Part shown: one piece after another, positions 50,210 to 59,191 of the stretch
Layout: each line of letters starts with the position of its first letter
Numbering within the stretch: the first letter of the stretch is position 1
Assembly: GCA_050331235.1 (NCBI GenBank)
Contig: JBHJHA010000020.1
Location: forward strand, 20,101 to 84,100
Direction: 5' to 3'
DNA: 64,000 nt
Source of the DNA: Leptolyngbyaceae cyanobacterium
GTDB lineage: Bacteria > Cyanobacteriota > Cyanobacteriia > Phormidesmidales > Phormidesmidaceae
Translations under genes and position numbers: made by a program
The notes under the pieces: model-generated
Told to the model about the DNA's origin: nothing
Seen by the model: the letters and a program-made list of their open reading frames with translations, nothing else
Database searches by the model: none

Positions 50210-50425
50210 ATGGCATATTTCCGTCGTCGTCTGTCTCCCATCAAGCCCGGAGACGCTATTGATTACAAAGATGTTGATTTGCTCCGCAAGTTCATTACTG
50301 AGCGCGGCAAGATTTTGCCCCGCCGGATCTCTGGACTGACTGCTAAGCAGCAGCGCGATCTCACTACGGCTATCAAGCGGGCCCGCATGCTGGCGTTACT
50401 GCCGTATGTCAATACCGAAGGCTAG
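50210..50425 (+). CDS. rpsR: 30S ribosomal protein S18
   Basis: [23 protein letters not shown]. Confidence 0.98.
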   Translation: MAYFRRRLSPIKPGDAIDYKDVDLLRKFITERGKILPRRISGLTAKQQRDLTTAIKRARMLALLPYVNTEG

Positions 50426-50490
50426 GCCACAGCCCGCTTAGCAAGTGTGATTTTGGCAGTGCTGTAAATGTAAGTAAGGATATTAAGACG

Positions 50491-52548
50491 GTGCAAAAGG
50501 GGACCCTGGTTGAATTTCAGGTAAAAGGCAATCCCCGCTTAGGCGTGTTAGATCGGCCCGAGGGTAAGAAAAACTGGGTTGTCATTGATGACCAAAACCA
50601 GTCCCATACCGTCCATCCCCGTTCATTTACTTTTTTATTTGACAAGCGCGCGTTTGAGCCAGAGACGCTATCGGCATTATTAGCTGAAGCTGAAACCTAT
50701 ATAGACCCAAGCAGTTTGCAAGTTGCTTGGGAGCTATTAAGTGAGGCGGGGGAATCAACCGACCCCGCCTCACTGGCGTTCTTGCTGTTTTCGGCAGAGA
50801 GCGCTGCTTATTGCTATGCGGCCCATCGGCTGCTCTCTGTCGACAAGGTTTATTTCAAACAAAAGGGCGATCGCTACGAGCCGCGATCGACGGCTCAGGT
50901 CCAGGAACTGCTCCATCAGATCGAAAAAGAGGCCCAGCGCCAAGCCGAGTGGGAAGGTTTTCTATCGCGGGTGGGACGCTCTCTGGCGGGAGAATCTGTA
51001 GAATGGCAGAAAAGCGATCGTCCCCGGTTAGAACTCTTAGAAAAGCTAGCCCTTTTGGGCGATGACTCGAACCAAAAAGTGCCCGCCCAAGATATTTTGT
51101 TGGCACTCAATCGCGGCACTAGTCAAGCGGCAGCCTTTGACCTACTGGTGGATTTAGGCATTTGGCAGGTACATGAAAACCTAGAGCTGCGTCGAAGGCA
51201 AATCCCTGTGGACTTTTCTGAGGCTCTACTCACCATGGCGCAGCATCGCCTAAGCAATCCGCCACCGGATGCCGATCAAAACCGGCTGGATTTAACTCGC
51301 CTCAAAACTTACACCATTGACGACGAAAGCACCCGCGAAATTGATGACGCTCTGAGTGTGGAAACGATGGCAGACGGGCGGCAGTGCCTCTGGGTCCACA
51401 TTGCCGACCCGACTCGGTGGCTGCTGCCGGGCGATGATTTAGACCTGGAAGCACGCCGTCGGTGCACGACGATTTATTTGCCCACGGGCATGGTGCCCAT
51501 GTTTCCCTTGGAGTTGGCAACTGGCCCCATGAGTTTGATCCAAGGAGAGGTGCACTGTGCGCTGAGCTTTGGTGTTGTGCTGACGTCGGAGGGAGCCATT
51601 GCTGAATATCAAATCGCGGCAAGCCTCGTCAAACCGACCTATCGCCTCACCTACGAAGATGTCGATGAAATGCTCAACCTGGATTTGCAAGCTGAGCCCG
51701 AACTGTTGGCGATCGCCCATTGGGCTAAGGTCCGCGAACAATGGCGAGGTCAACAGGGGGCCATCAATATTCACATGCCAGAAACCTCCATTCAGGTTTC
51801 TCAAGATGACGAGACAGCCGCCATCGATATCAAGGTTTTGGACGATTCCCCCGCCCGCGAACTTGTTGCCGAGATGATGATTTTGGCGGGAGAGGTGGCG
51901 GCTCGCTATGGCCAAGACCATGCCCTTGCCATGCCGTTTCGGAGTCAGCCCCAGCCTGAGCTGCCTCCGGACGAAGAGCTCATGCAGTTGCCCTCGGCCC
52001 TGGTCCGCTACTCTGCCATCCGCCGCTGTATGCCCCGCAGTGAGATGGGGATTACCCCGGCTCGCCATGCCACCCTCGGCTTAGACGGCTACAGTCAGGT
52101 AACGTCGCCGATTCGCCGGTACACGGATTTACTCGCCCACTTTCAGATCAAGGCCCATTTGCGCGGGGAACCGCTGCCCTTTACCTCAGATGAAATCACG
52201 GAACTGACTCAGGGGGCAAGTTCCGGAGCTTATGAAGCGGTGCTAGTGGAGCGTCAGACTAAGCGCTATTGGGCGTTGGAATATCTGCGCCGCCGGTTTG
52301 AGCAAACTTGGTCGGTGATGTTGCTGCGGTGGCTGCGCGAGGGCGATCGCCTTGGCCTGGTCATATTTGAAGATTTGGGGCTAGAGCTACCCATGCGATT
52401 TGACCGCAAGGTTGAGCTTGGGGAGCGGTTGCTGATTCGGATGACTCAGGTTGATCCGCGCCAAGACATTGTACGGATGACCGAGGTCGACGCCTCGCTT
52501 CCAGAAGCGGATGCTTTGACCGAGATGTCAAATGCCGCTACCAACTAA
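50491..52548 (+). CDS. rnb: RNase II/R family exoribonuclease
   Basis: TIDDESTREIDDALS, VHIADP, TSPIRRYTDL. Confidence 0.93.
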   Translation: MQKGTLVEFQVKGNPRLGVLDRPEGKKNWVVIDDQNQSHTVHPRSFTFLFDKRAFEPETLSALLAEAETYIDPSSLQVAWELLSEAGESTDPASLAFLLFSAESAAYCYAAHRLLSVDKVYFKQKGDRYEPRSTAQVQELLHQIEKEAQRQAEWEGFLSRVGRSLAGESVEWQKSDRPRLELLEKLALLGDDSNQKVPAQDILLALNRGTSQAAAFDLLVDLGIWQVHENLELRRRQIPVDFSEALLTMAQHRLSNPPPDADQNRLDLTRLKTYTIDDESTREIDDALSVETMADGRQCLWVHIADPTRWLLPGDDLDLEARRRCTTIYLPTGMVPMFPLELATGPMSLIQGEVHCALSFGVVLTSEGAIAEYQIAASLVKPTYRLTYEDVDEMLNLDLQAEPELLAIAHWAKVREQWRGQQGAINIHMPETSIQVSQDDETAAIDIKVLDDSPARELVAEMMILAGEVAARYGQDHALAMPFRSQPQPELPPDEELMQLPSALVRYSAIRRCMPRSEMGITPARHATLGLDGYSQVTSPIRRYTDLLAHFQIKAHLRGEPLPFTSDEITELTQGASSGAYEAVLVERQTKRYWALEYLRRRFEQTWSVMLLRWLREGDRLGLVIFEDLGLELPMRFDRKVELGERLLIRMTQVDPRQDIVRMTEVDASLPEADALTEMSNAATN

Positions 52549-53152
52549 GGTAGAACCGCTGCAGGCCATTCCATTTCCATAGGTAAGCTCGGCCTGTCTC
52601 AGCGCCAAAGTTCCAGTTGCCGATGAAGTCCAAGCGATCGCGAATCAGACCGTAATGAATTTCTGCCGACTCGATTGACCGGAGCTGAAAGGGCTCATAT
52701 TGGGCATTTTGGCTCACATCAAGAACCTCTGCCCAATGGGTCTGGACCTCGGTGCGGTAAGCCAAAATGGGAGCCTTGTTCGCCGCTCGGTTGTAAATTA
52801 AAAGTTCGCCTTGGCGATAATCAAGCCGCTCACTCGCACTTTCGCCGGACACAATGCCGGTATAGGGAGTGCTATAAAACGGGCCATTATCAAACCCCTG
52901 CTCCAAAAACTTAAGCATCGAAGCCGTGGGCAACAGAATTATCAGCGCGACCAAACAGCCAGCTAAATACCCGTTGTAATAGGGCGGCAGCCAACGCCAG
53001 CGCACCATCATGACGATCAATCCATAGCCCACCAGCACTATGACAAATGGCAACACTGGATGAACCACGTTAAAAGGGAGCGCGATCGCAAAGCTGATAA
53101 CCGCAATCAGCAATCCGGCGAAGCCCCCCTTACGGTCAATGGCTGAGGTCAT
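52538..53152 (-). CDS. Hypothetical membrane protein
   Basis: Three N-terminal hydrophobic helices and a soluble C-terminal domain. Confidence 0.7.
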   Translation of the reverse strand: MTSAIDRKGGFAGLLIAVISFAIALPFNVVHPVLPFVIVLVGYGLIVMMVRWRWLPPYYNGYLAGCLVALIILLPTASMLKFLEQGFDNGPFYSTPYTGIVSGESASERLDYRQGELLIYNRAANKAPILAYRTEVQTHWAEVLDVSQNAQYEPFQLRSIESAEIHYGLIRDRLDFIGNWNFGAETGRAYLWKWNGLQRFYLSW

Positions 53153-53286
53153 GCGAAGATCTACCCAAGTAGAAACAAGCTCCGTCTAGTTTAATCAGAG
53201 CTGGTCACCGGGTTCCAACAAATTAAGTCAGTCAGTATAGCCGTCGCCCCCAGCGGGTAGCCCCTGGCCGTTATAAAACCGCTAAC

Positions 53287-53784
53287 TCAAACACCGATAA
53301 CATATTTTTTCCATTCTTCATGGGTGCCGCTTTTAACCTGGCGCGTCACTTCAAAATATAGACTACTGTGGGGACGACGAGGGGCATTGCGTAACGGCAT
53401 CGACGCCTCTCGGGGAGTGCGATTGCCTTTTTTGACGTTGCAGCGGACACAAGCCGTCACCATATTATCCCAAGTATCGCCGCCCCCGCGCGATCGCGGC
53501 ACGACATGGTCAAGGGTCAACCCATCTCCTGAATAACCACAATACTGGCAGGTATGATTGTCACGTTGCAAAATATTGCGGCGAGTCAGGGGAATCTCTT
53601 TGTAAGGCACTCGTACATAGTTCCTTAACCGAATTACAGTGGGCAGAGGGATGTCCGGATAAATGAACCTACCGTTGTGCTCAACCTGTTCGGCTTTTCC
53701 TTTAATGACTAGCACTATCGCTCGACGCCAGCTCGTGATGTTGAGCGGTTCGTATGAAGCATTAAGCACCAGAACCTTACTCAT
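53287..53784 (-). CDS. HNH endonuclease
   Basis: VLVLNASYEP, RDNHTCQYCG, TLDHVVPRSRGG, ACVRCN.KKG. Confidence 0.93.
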   Translation of the reverse strand: MSKVLVLNASYEPLNITSWRRAIVLVIKGKAEQVEHNGRFIYPDIPLPTVIRLRNYVRVPYKEIPLTRRNILQRDNHTCQYCGYSGDGLTLDHVVPRSRGGGDTWDNMVTACVRCNVKKGNRTPREASMPLRNAPRRPHSSLYFEVTRQVKSGTHEEWKKYVIGV

Positions 53785-53869
53785 CGGTGATTGTTTGAAG
53801 AAGATTGCACTGATGGTAACACAGGTGTACTTTGCCGATGCTCGCGTCCCATTGGCCAGGCACAGGCTG

Positions 53870-54193
53870 CTACAGAGAATCTTCGCCACTGGCACGGTTG
53901 GAAAAAAGCGCCTTCATCGACTTACGCAGGTTTTGCCACACCATGATGCCGCCGGTCGCCAGCATCCACAGCAGTCCTAGCCCATTGAGCAACACATACA
54001 GCGGCTCCAAGGTTGAGCCTAGATATTCCCCCTCGTGGATCGTCATTAAGACATGTACCTGGTCGCGCGATAGACCAAACCAATCTTTAGCCAGCCGGTA
54101 GGTGACTCCAGTAAACACCGTCACCAGCAAAGGTAGTAAAACAAATGGAGCAAAGGTGCGGTGTAGCTTGCGAATCAGCAGCCGAAATCTCAT
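53870..54193 (-). CDS. PepSY-associated TM-like small membrane protein
   Basis: RKLHR..AP...LPLL....TG..YR and IHEGEYLG, LNGLGL. Confidence 0.75.
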   Translation of the reverse strand: MRFRLLIRKLHRTFAPFVLLPLLVTVFTGVTYRLAKDWFGLSRDQVHVLMTIHEGEYLGSTLEPLYVLLNGLGLLWMLATGGIMVWQNLRKSMKALFSNRASGEDSL

Positions 54194-54541
54194 AGCTCAA
54201 ATACCGAATTTAGAAGGCTAAGTGTCCCCCAGGGGAACGGTGGAAGATGGTAAATTAGTGAGTCACAGTCGCCTAAGGTTGCGTAAGTCTATAGACTCGA
54301 CGATATTGGGATGGGAGAGCTTTCATAATTCTCTCATTTTTGCAGGATAGTTGATTCGCTAAATGCTGGCTACCAACATTTAATCCCTTGCATCAGGAAT
54401 AATGGCTCCTGCAGATAGCGGCGTCATGATTAACACCAGTCCTTGGCCCTATTTCTCAGACTTTATCTTTGATTCGACGGCATCGCTGATACCATTTAGC
54501 CCACACCGCCGTTCCGAATTTTTCATCCCGGCGAGTGCCCA

Positions 54542-55381
54542 ATGATTGAAGAATCTGGAATTAAGACTTTGCTCAGTGGCTCCGACCAGCTCCAATATTT
54601 ACTGATTAATGCTGCCATTGGTGTGGGCATTGCGGCTGATGCGGTCATTGCTACCATTGGCCGCTTTAAGCGGTTTGAAACGGTGGGCGATGCGATCGCC
54701 TGGGCAGCTGCCATTGGATTTACCCATACGGTGTTTCCCATGATTGGGCTGATTGGCCTCTGGTATGCGGCCAGTTCTTTTCCCTCGCTTAAGGCAGGTA
54801 TTTATGGCGCGGGCTTTGTCGCGATGGTTTGGTTCATCCACGATGTCTTACAGGATATCGCCGGGCTATCCGATGATGCCGATGGCGAAACAGAGGACGA
54901 AAAGGATGCGTTATATCGGCTATTGTTCAAACATTCTCGGTTTTGGGCAGCGGTTTGGGCGGTATCGATCGATGCGCTGGTCACTGGCCCCGGCAAGACC
55001 GCGGCTACTGCTCACTGGAGTCAAGCCCAGGTTTTAGGCAGTTTTCCGTTGGACGGCATCGTGGTGTTTGGTCTGGTGATGTTGAGTGCCTGGCCGGCGA
55101 TCGCGCTGCGTAAGTATTGGCAAGAGAAAAAGTTTAACGACCCTCGAGGATTAGCTCGTTTCACAGCTTTAGGGTCATGGGTGGAGCTCAGCATCTTTTT
55201 GTACTTCGCATATTTGGCGGTTTCGGAAATGATCTTGGCGCTGGGCGTGCAACCGGTGATGAATGAGTTTTTGATTGCGGGGATTTTTTCCACTGCGACC
55301 ATGGCTGTGTTACTCATCACGCTGGGCGATCGCGTATGGGGTACCCAACTGCAAGAGGCCAAAGAACTGCTCGAGCAGTAG
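54542..55381 (+). CDS. Membrane protein distantly similar to the MntP manganese efflux family
   Basis: Two repeats with acidic helix motifs: GVGIAADAV and AVSIDALVTG. Confidence 0.55.
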   Translation: MIEESGIKTLLSGSDQLQYLLINAAIGVGIAADAVIATIGRFKRFETVGDAIAWAAAIGFTHTVFPMIGLIGLWYAASSFPSLKAGIYGAGFVAMVWFIHDVLQDIAGLSDDADGETEDEKDALYRLLFKHSRFWAAVWAVSIDALVTGPGKTAATAHWSQAQVLGSFPLDGIVVFGLVMLSAWPAIALRKYWQEKKFNDPRGLARFTALGSWVELSIFLYFAYLAVSEMILALGVQPVMNEFLIAGIFSTATMAVLLITLGDRVWGTQLQEAKELLEQ

Positions 55382-55444
55382 CGCGGCCATGACAGACCGA
55401 TTTGATAGCGCTATCCTCAGTACAAACGCAGAGAGGGCTTGTCC

Positions 55445-55804
55445 ATGAGTGATGCACTTTGGCAGCATTCAGCGATCGCCTCAGCCTTGGAAGATCATCA
55501 AATTGCCTGTGGGGTCGTGCGCCACCCTATCACGCACAACTGGCAGACTTGGTTTTCGCTTTACGGCACGGATATTACCTGCATCTTTGCTAGCAAGGAT
55601 TATGATTTGGCCCACTCGGTGCGACAGATGTTTGTAGTGGAGCTGCGATCAGGGTGCTTAGTCGATGGTGATCGAGCCAAAACATTCATCGCTGAGCTAC
55701 AAACCCTCACCGGCAGCGAACTGATTGATCCTTTGCCCCAGAGAGATTTAGAAACGCTAGCAAAGCAAATCCGCCGCCAACTCGTCACCGAAAACGACAG
55801 TTAG
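55445..55804 (+). CDS. Hypothetical protein
   Basis: ~119-aa ORF co-oriented with its neighbours. Confidence 0.65.
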   Translation: MSDALWQHSAIASALEDHQIACGVVRHPITHNWQTWFSLYGTDITCIFASKDYDLAHSVRQMFVVELRSGCLVDGDRAKTFIAELQTLTGSELIDPLPQRDLETLAKQIRRQLVTENDS

Positions 55805-56131
55805 TTTTGAGATACGGACTGGGTAAAACATTACACACAATCTGAACCCAATTTACTTCCTGAGCAAATCCTTTGATTTGAGGTTAGACCCATCGCGGAG
55901 CTTACGTTGTCCTATCTGGATTGGGTCGCCTGGGTCAGGGCAGCACTTTTTGAACTCAAACATCTGCATGGAATGAATTATGCGATCGCCATTGCCCTGA
56001 TTACACACCGGGTTGAGGAGGCTTGTTTCTATTGGGGCTATAAATGGGTGCAGCCTTTGCGATATGATGATCCCTGTTTAGATAGGAATTGTTACCTATT
56101 GAGTATTTCAGTGCACAGAGGGTAAAGCGCA

Positions 56132-57142
56132 GTGATTAGAGTAGCGATTAATGGTTTTGGACGTATCGGACGGAACTTTCTACGTTGTTGGTTGACCCGC
56201 GATGATAGTCAGCTTGAGGTCGTCGCTATCAATGACACGTCAGACCCCAATACAAATTCCCATTTGTTGAAGTATGACTCAATGTTGGGTCGTTTGGATG
56301 CCGATATTCAAGCGGGTGAGGACACCATTACTGTCAACGGTAAGACCATCAAGTGCTGCTCCGATCGCAACCCCAATAACCTGCCCTGGAAGGCTTGGGA
56401 TATCGACTTAGTTATCGAATCAACAGGCGTTTTTCGGAGTGCTGAAGGGGCGTCTCGCCACATCGAAGCGGGTGCGAAAAAGGTCCTGATTACTGCGCCT
56501 GGTAAGGGCAGCGGCATTGGCACTTATGTCATCGGCGTTAACGACGACGAATATACGGGTGAAGATACTGTGGTCAGCAACGCTAGCTGCACCACTAACT
56601 GTCTAGCGCCTATCGTTAAGGCACTGCATGAGAGCTTTGGCATTGTCAAAGGGACAATGACCACTACCCACAGCTACACTGGTGACCAGCGTTTGCTAGA
56701 TGCTAGCCACCGCGACCTGCGTCGGGCTCGGGCAGCTGCTCTCAACATCGTACCGACTACGACGGGTGCGGCTGAGGCGGTTGCCAAAGTGTATCCGGCG
56801 GTCGCTGGTAAGCTCAACGGTATTGCCCTGCGCGTACCGACGCCTAACGTGTCTGTGGTTGACTTTGTGGCTCAGGTAGAAAAGCCAGCGATCGCTCAGC
56901 AAATCAATGACGCCATGAAGGAAGCTTCTGGAGGCAAACTCAAGGGCATCTTGGGCTACAGTGAGCTTCCCTTGGTCTCCATTGACTACCGCAAGACCAA
57001 CGAGTCCTCCATTGTTGACTCCAGCCTGACCATTGCATTGGGTGGCGATTTGGTGAAAATCGTGGCTTGGTACGACAACGAGTGGGGTTACAGCCAGCGC
57101 GTTGTTGACCTGGCAGAACTTGTTGCCCAGAAGTGGGGCTAA
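56132..57142 (+). CDS. gap2: NAD(P)-dependent glyceraldehyde-3-phosphate dehydrogenase (Calvin cycle type)
   Basis: [51 protein letters not shown]. Confidence 0.96.
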   Translation: MIRVAINGFGRIGRNFLRCWLTRDDSQLEVVAINDTSDPNTNSHLLKYDSMLGRLDADIQAGEDTITVNGKTIKCCSDRNPNNLPWKAWDIDLVIESTGVFRSAEGASRHIEAGAKKVLITAPGKGSGIGTYVIGVNDDEYTGEDTVVSNASCTTNCLAPIVKALHESFGIVKGTMTTTHSYTGDQRLLDASHRDLRRARAAALNIVPTTTGAAEAVAKVYPAVAGKLNGIALRVPTPNVSVVDFVAQVEKPAIAQQINDAMKEASGGKLKGILGYSELPLVSIDYRKTNESSIVDSSLTIALGGDLVKIVAWYDNEWGYSQRVVDLAELVAQKWG

Positions 57143-57198
57143 GAGTCTGTGCGACTAGCCTTGATAGAGACTGTCGAATAATGCGGCAGTAAATTAGA

Positions 57199-57232
57199 GA
57201 AAAGCCCGGAATCATTCGATTCCGGGCTTTTC
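57199..57232. terminator. Bidirectional rho-independent terminator
   Basis: GAAAAGCCCGGAATC-attc-GATTCCGGGCTTTTC perfect inverted repeat. Confidence 0.9.
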
Positions 57233-57286
57233 GTCTGCTCAATCAAGGATGGGAGACGGTGACTGCATCCATCGCTGAAAAACCTG

Positions 57287-57601
57287 CTAGCTGACCCAGC
57301 ATCGAGCAACTAGAATCTCTCCGAGGTTCCAGCCAGTCACTTTTTGATCATTCAGGACGATGGCTTTGCGTGCTGCATCTAGTTTGCCTTCGGCGATGAG
57401 GCGCTCAAGCAAAGGATTGTCAACCTTGGGTGGCTCGGAAAGGTTATCCGCAAACTCATCAAAGTCCGGTGATTCATACGTTGCAAAACGATAGCCGCTG
57501 GGAAATACATAGATAATTGTCTTGCCAGTCTCGTCTAAGAGGCGGACTTCATCGAGGTCAACGGCTGATGATGGGTTGAGCTCTGTATCAGAGTAACGCA
57601 T
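57287..57601 (-). CDS. Small protein ending in a degenerate MshEN/GSPII_N-like motif
   Basis: AAGGAG RBS upstream. C-terminus IVLNDQKVTGWNLGEILVARCWVS. Confidence 0.6.
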   Translation of the reverse strand: MRYSDTELNPSSAVDLDEVRLLDETGKTIIYVFPSGYRFATYESPDFDEFADNLSEPPKVDNPLLERLIAEGKLDAARKAIVLNDQKVTGWNLGEILVARCWVS

Positions 57602-57942
57602 TTAGAGAATGCTCCTTGTTCAGGAAAGGGTGTGTGAGCCACGCAGACGGCCAAGCGGCTACCGTGTAATTGACCCTTCGATTGTAAAAATCCTTTGATA
57701 AAGATAGAGCAACTCCTAGCCATATTTTGGTGAAAAAGTAGTAAAAGATACAGGCGTTTCCGGTGTTCTGGCAGATGACGTAGCGATACTGGCTCTGCCA
57801 CCTCTGAGTAGATTCCACAACAATTGCTGGGCCCTGAATATTACGGGACGTTGCTAGGCGGTCTAAATTTGCCCTCGGCAGTGGTGCTGACGCAGTGGGT
57901 TGCAGTAAAAAGGACGTGAATAGGCTGCAGGAGCATAGAGCC

Positions 57943-58266
57943 ATGAAAGTATGGAAACAGCTAAGCATCTACACTAGCGAAGGGAGTCGCTCTGGCACGC
58001 GCCCATTGCACACTGCCATCATTGCCACGGCACTAGAGCAGGGGCTTTACAGCGCGATCGCGGTCAAGGCGATGGAGGGCTTTGGTCCGCAAATGGCGAT
58101 TCCGACCGCTAATCACATGGCACTAGACTCTGATCTGCCTATCGAGGTGAGGATTGTGGATGAGCCTGATCGCATCAACGATTTCCTGGCTAGCCAAAAA
58201 GACGTTTTGGGCCCCTGTGTCGTTGTCCTCAGGGATGTCGAAATCTTTTGGGCCCCTCAGTCATAA
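57943..58266 (+). CDS. DUF190 (PII-like fold) protein
   Basis: LSIYTSE......PLH.AII..A...G...A.....MEGFG...L..DLPI.V.IVD. Confidence 0.8.
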   Translation: MKVWKQLSIYTSEGSRSGTRPLHTAIIATALEQGLYSAIAVKAMEGFGPQMAIPTANHMALDSDLPIEVRIVDEPDRINDFLASQKDVLGPCVVVLRDVEIFWAPQS

Positions 58267-58426
58267 CCCAGGCAGGGCAGATGCCCCCCTGCAAATACTT
58301 ATCAACATTCCTCATTGCTGACGCTCATTAACCGAAATAACGCGGTATTTTGGCAAGATGGTGCGCGATCGCCCCGTCACTGTCGCTTAGCGTCCTGAAT
58401 ATTCTCTTTAGCCCCTCTAGAGCCTT

Positions 58427-59191
58427 ATGTTTGAGCGATTTTGGGAACTTGTTGGCTACGTTTGTGCGCTGAATGCAGAGGCCTTTAGAATCTTGGCCGA
58501 CCTGCCCCAGGGTCTACAGCTAGCCCTGTTTGTGGTTCTGCTGGCGGGGCTTTCCCGCAGTATCGGTCAGTGCGTTGTGCTGTTTTTCAACCAGCTCAAA
58601 CCGATTCGTTTTGTGGCGAGTCTGCTCATTAGTGCGTTGCTATTTGTGGGCGGCTTTTTGGCCTTGGTAGGGGCGACTTGGCTGATTACCTTACTGCCCT
58701 GGTCGGTCCATGTTTCGTTGAGCGCTTTAGTCACTGTTTTAGGCATTTCCTATGCGCCACTGCTATTTAGCTTTTTGGGGGCCCTGCCCTACCTAGGCTT
58801 GCCGGTTTTAAACGTGCTTGCCGTTTGGAATCTATTGGCCATGGTCGTCGGCTTTGGAGCCTTGACCAACTCGAGCCTTCCCGAAGCGTTTGGCTACGTG
58901 GGCTTTGGCTGGATCTTGCTCCAGATCATTGAGCAAACCGTCGGTCGTCCTATCGCTGCTTTAGCCCGCTGGCTTGAAGATGCGGCGGCTGGGGTTGACT
59001 TGAAGACCGATCAGCAAGAGCTCGTCGAGCTGTTTCGCGAGCGGATTGACGAATCAACGAGCGAACTGAAAGCCGAAGTTGAGTCACGGCTGCAAGTCGT
59101 CAAGCAGGAATTACAAACCGCTATCCCAGTCACGCGCCCGTCGGGGGGGGGCAAACTCTGGTACCGGCAGGGGCGGGATTTGGCGAAGTGA
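58427..59191 (+). CDS. Yip1-like polytopic membrane domain, probably the 5' part of a frameshifted gene
   Basis: About five TM helices (LGISYAPLLFSFLGALPYLG). The ORF ends shortly after the G9 tract at 59143-59151. Confidence 0.75.
   Translation: MFERFWELVGYVCALNAEAFRILADLPQGLQLALFVVLLAGLSRSIGQCVVLFFNQLKPIRFVASLLISALLFVGGFLALVGATWLITLLPWSVHVSLSALVTVLGISYAPLLFSFLGALPYLGLPVLNVLAVWNLLAMVVGFGALTNSSLPEAFGYVGFGWILLQIIEQTVGRPIAALARWLEDAAAGVDLKTDQQELVELFRERIDESTSELKAEVESRLQVVKQELQTAIPVTRPSGGGKLWYRQGRDLAK

Noticed and set aside
51439..52068. 209-aa ORF antisense to RNase II
   Set aside because: Shadow ORF.
53287..53784. HNH nuclease as a defence system or mobile element
   Set aside because: It is the short stand-alone HNH type common in bacterial chromosomes, with no methylase, cas gene, repeat array or ncRNA nearby.
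55907..56125. 72-aa ORF upstream of gap2
   Set aside because: TTG start, no motif, and it covers the probable gap2 promoter region.
57588..57968. 126-aa minus-strand ORF, or a crcB remnant, upstream of DUF190
   Set aside because: No CrcB motifs seen. The ORF overlaps both neighbours and looks non-coding.
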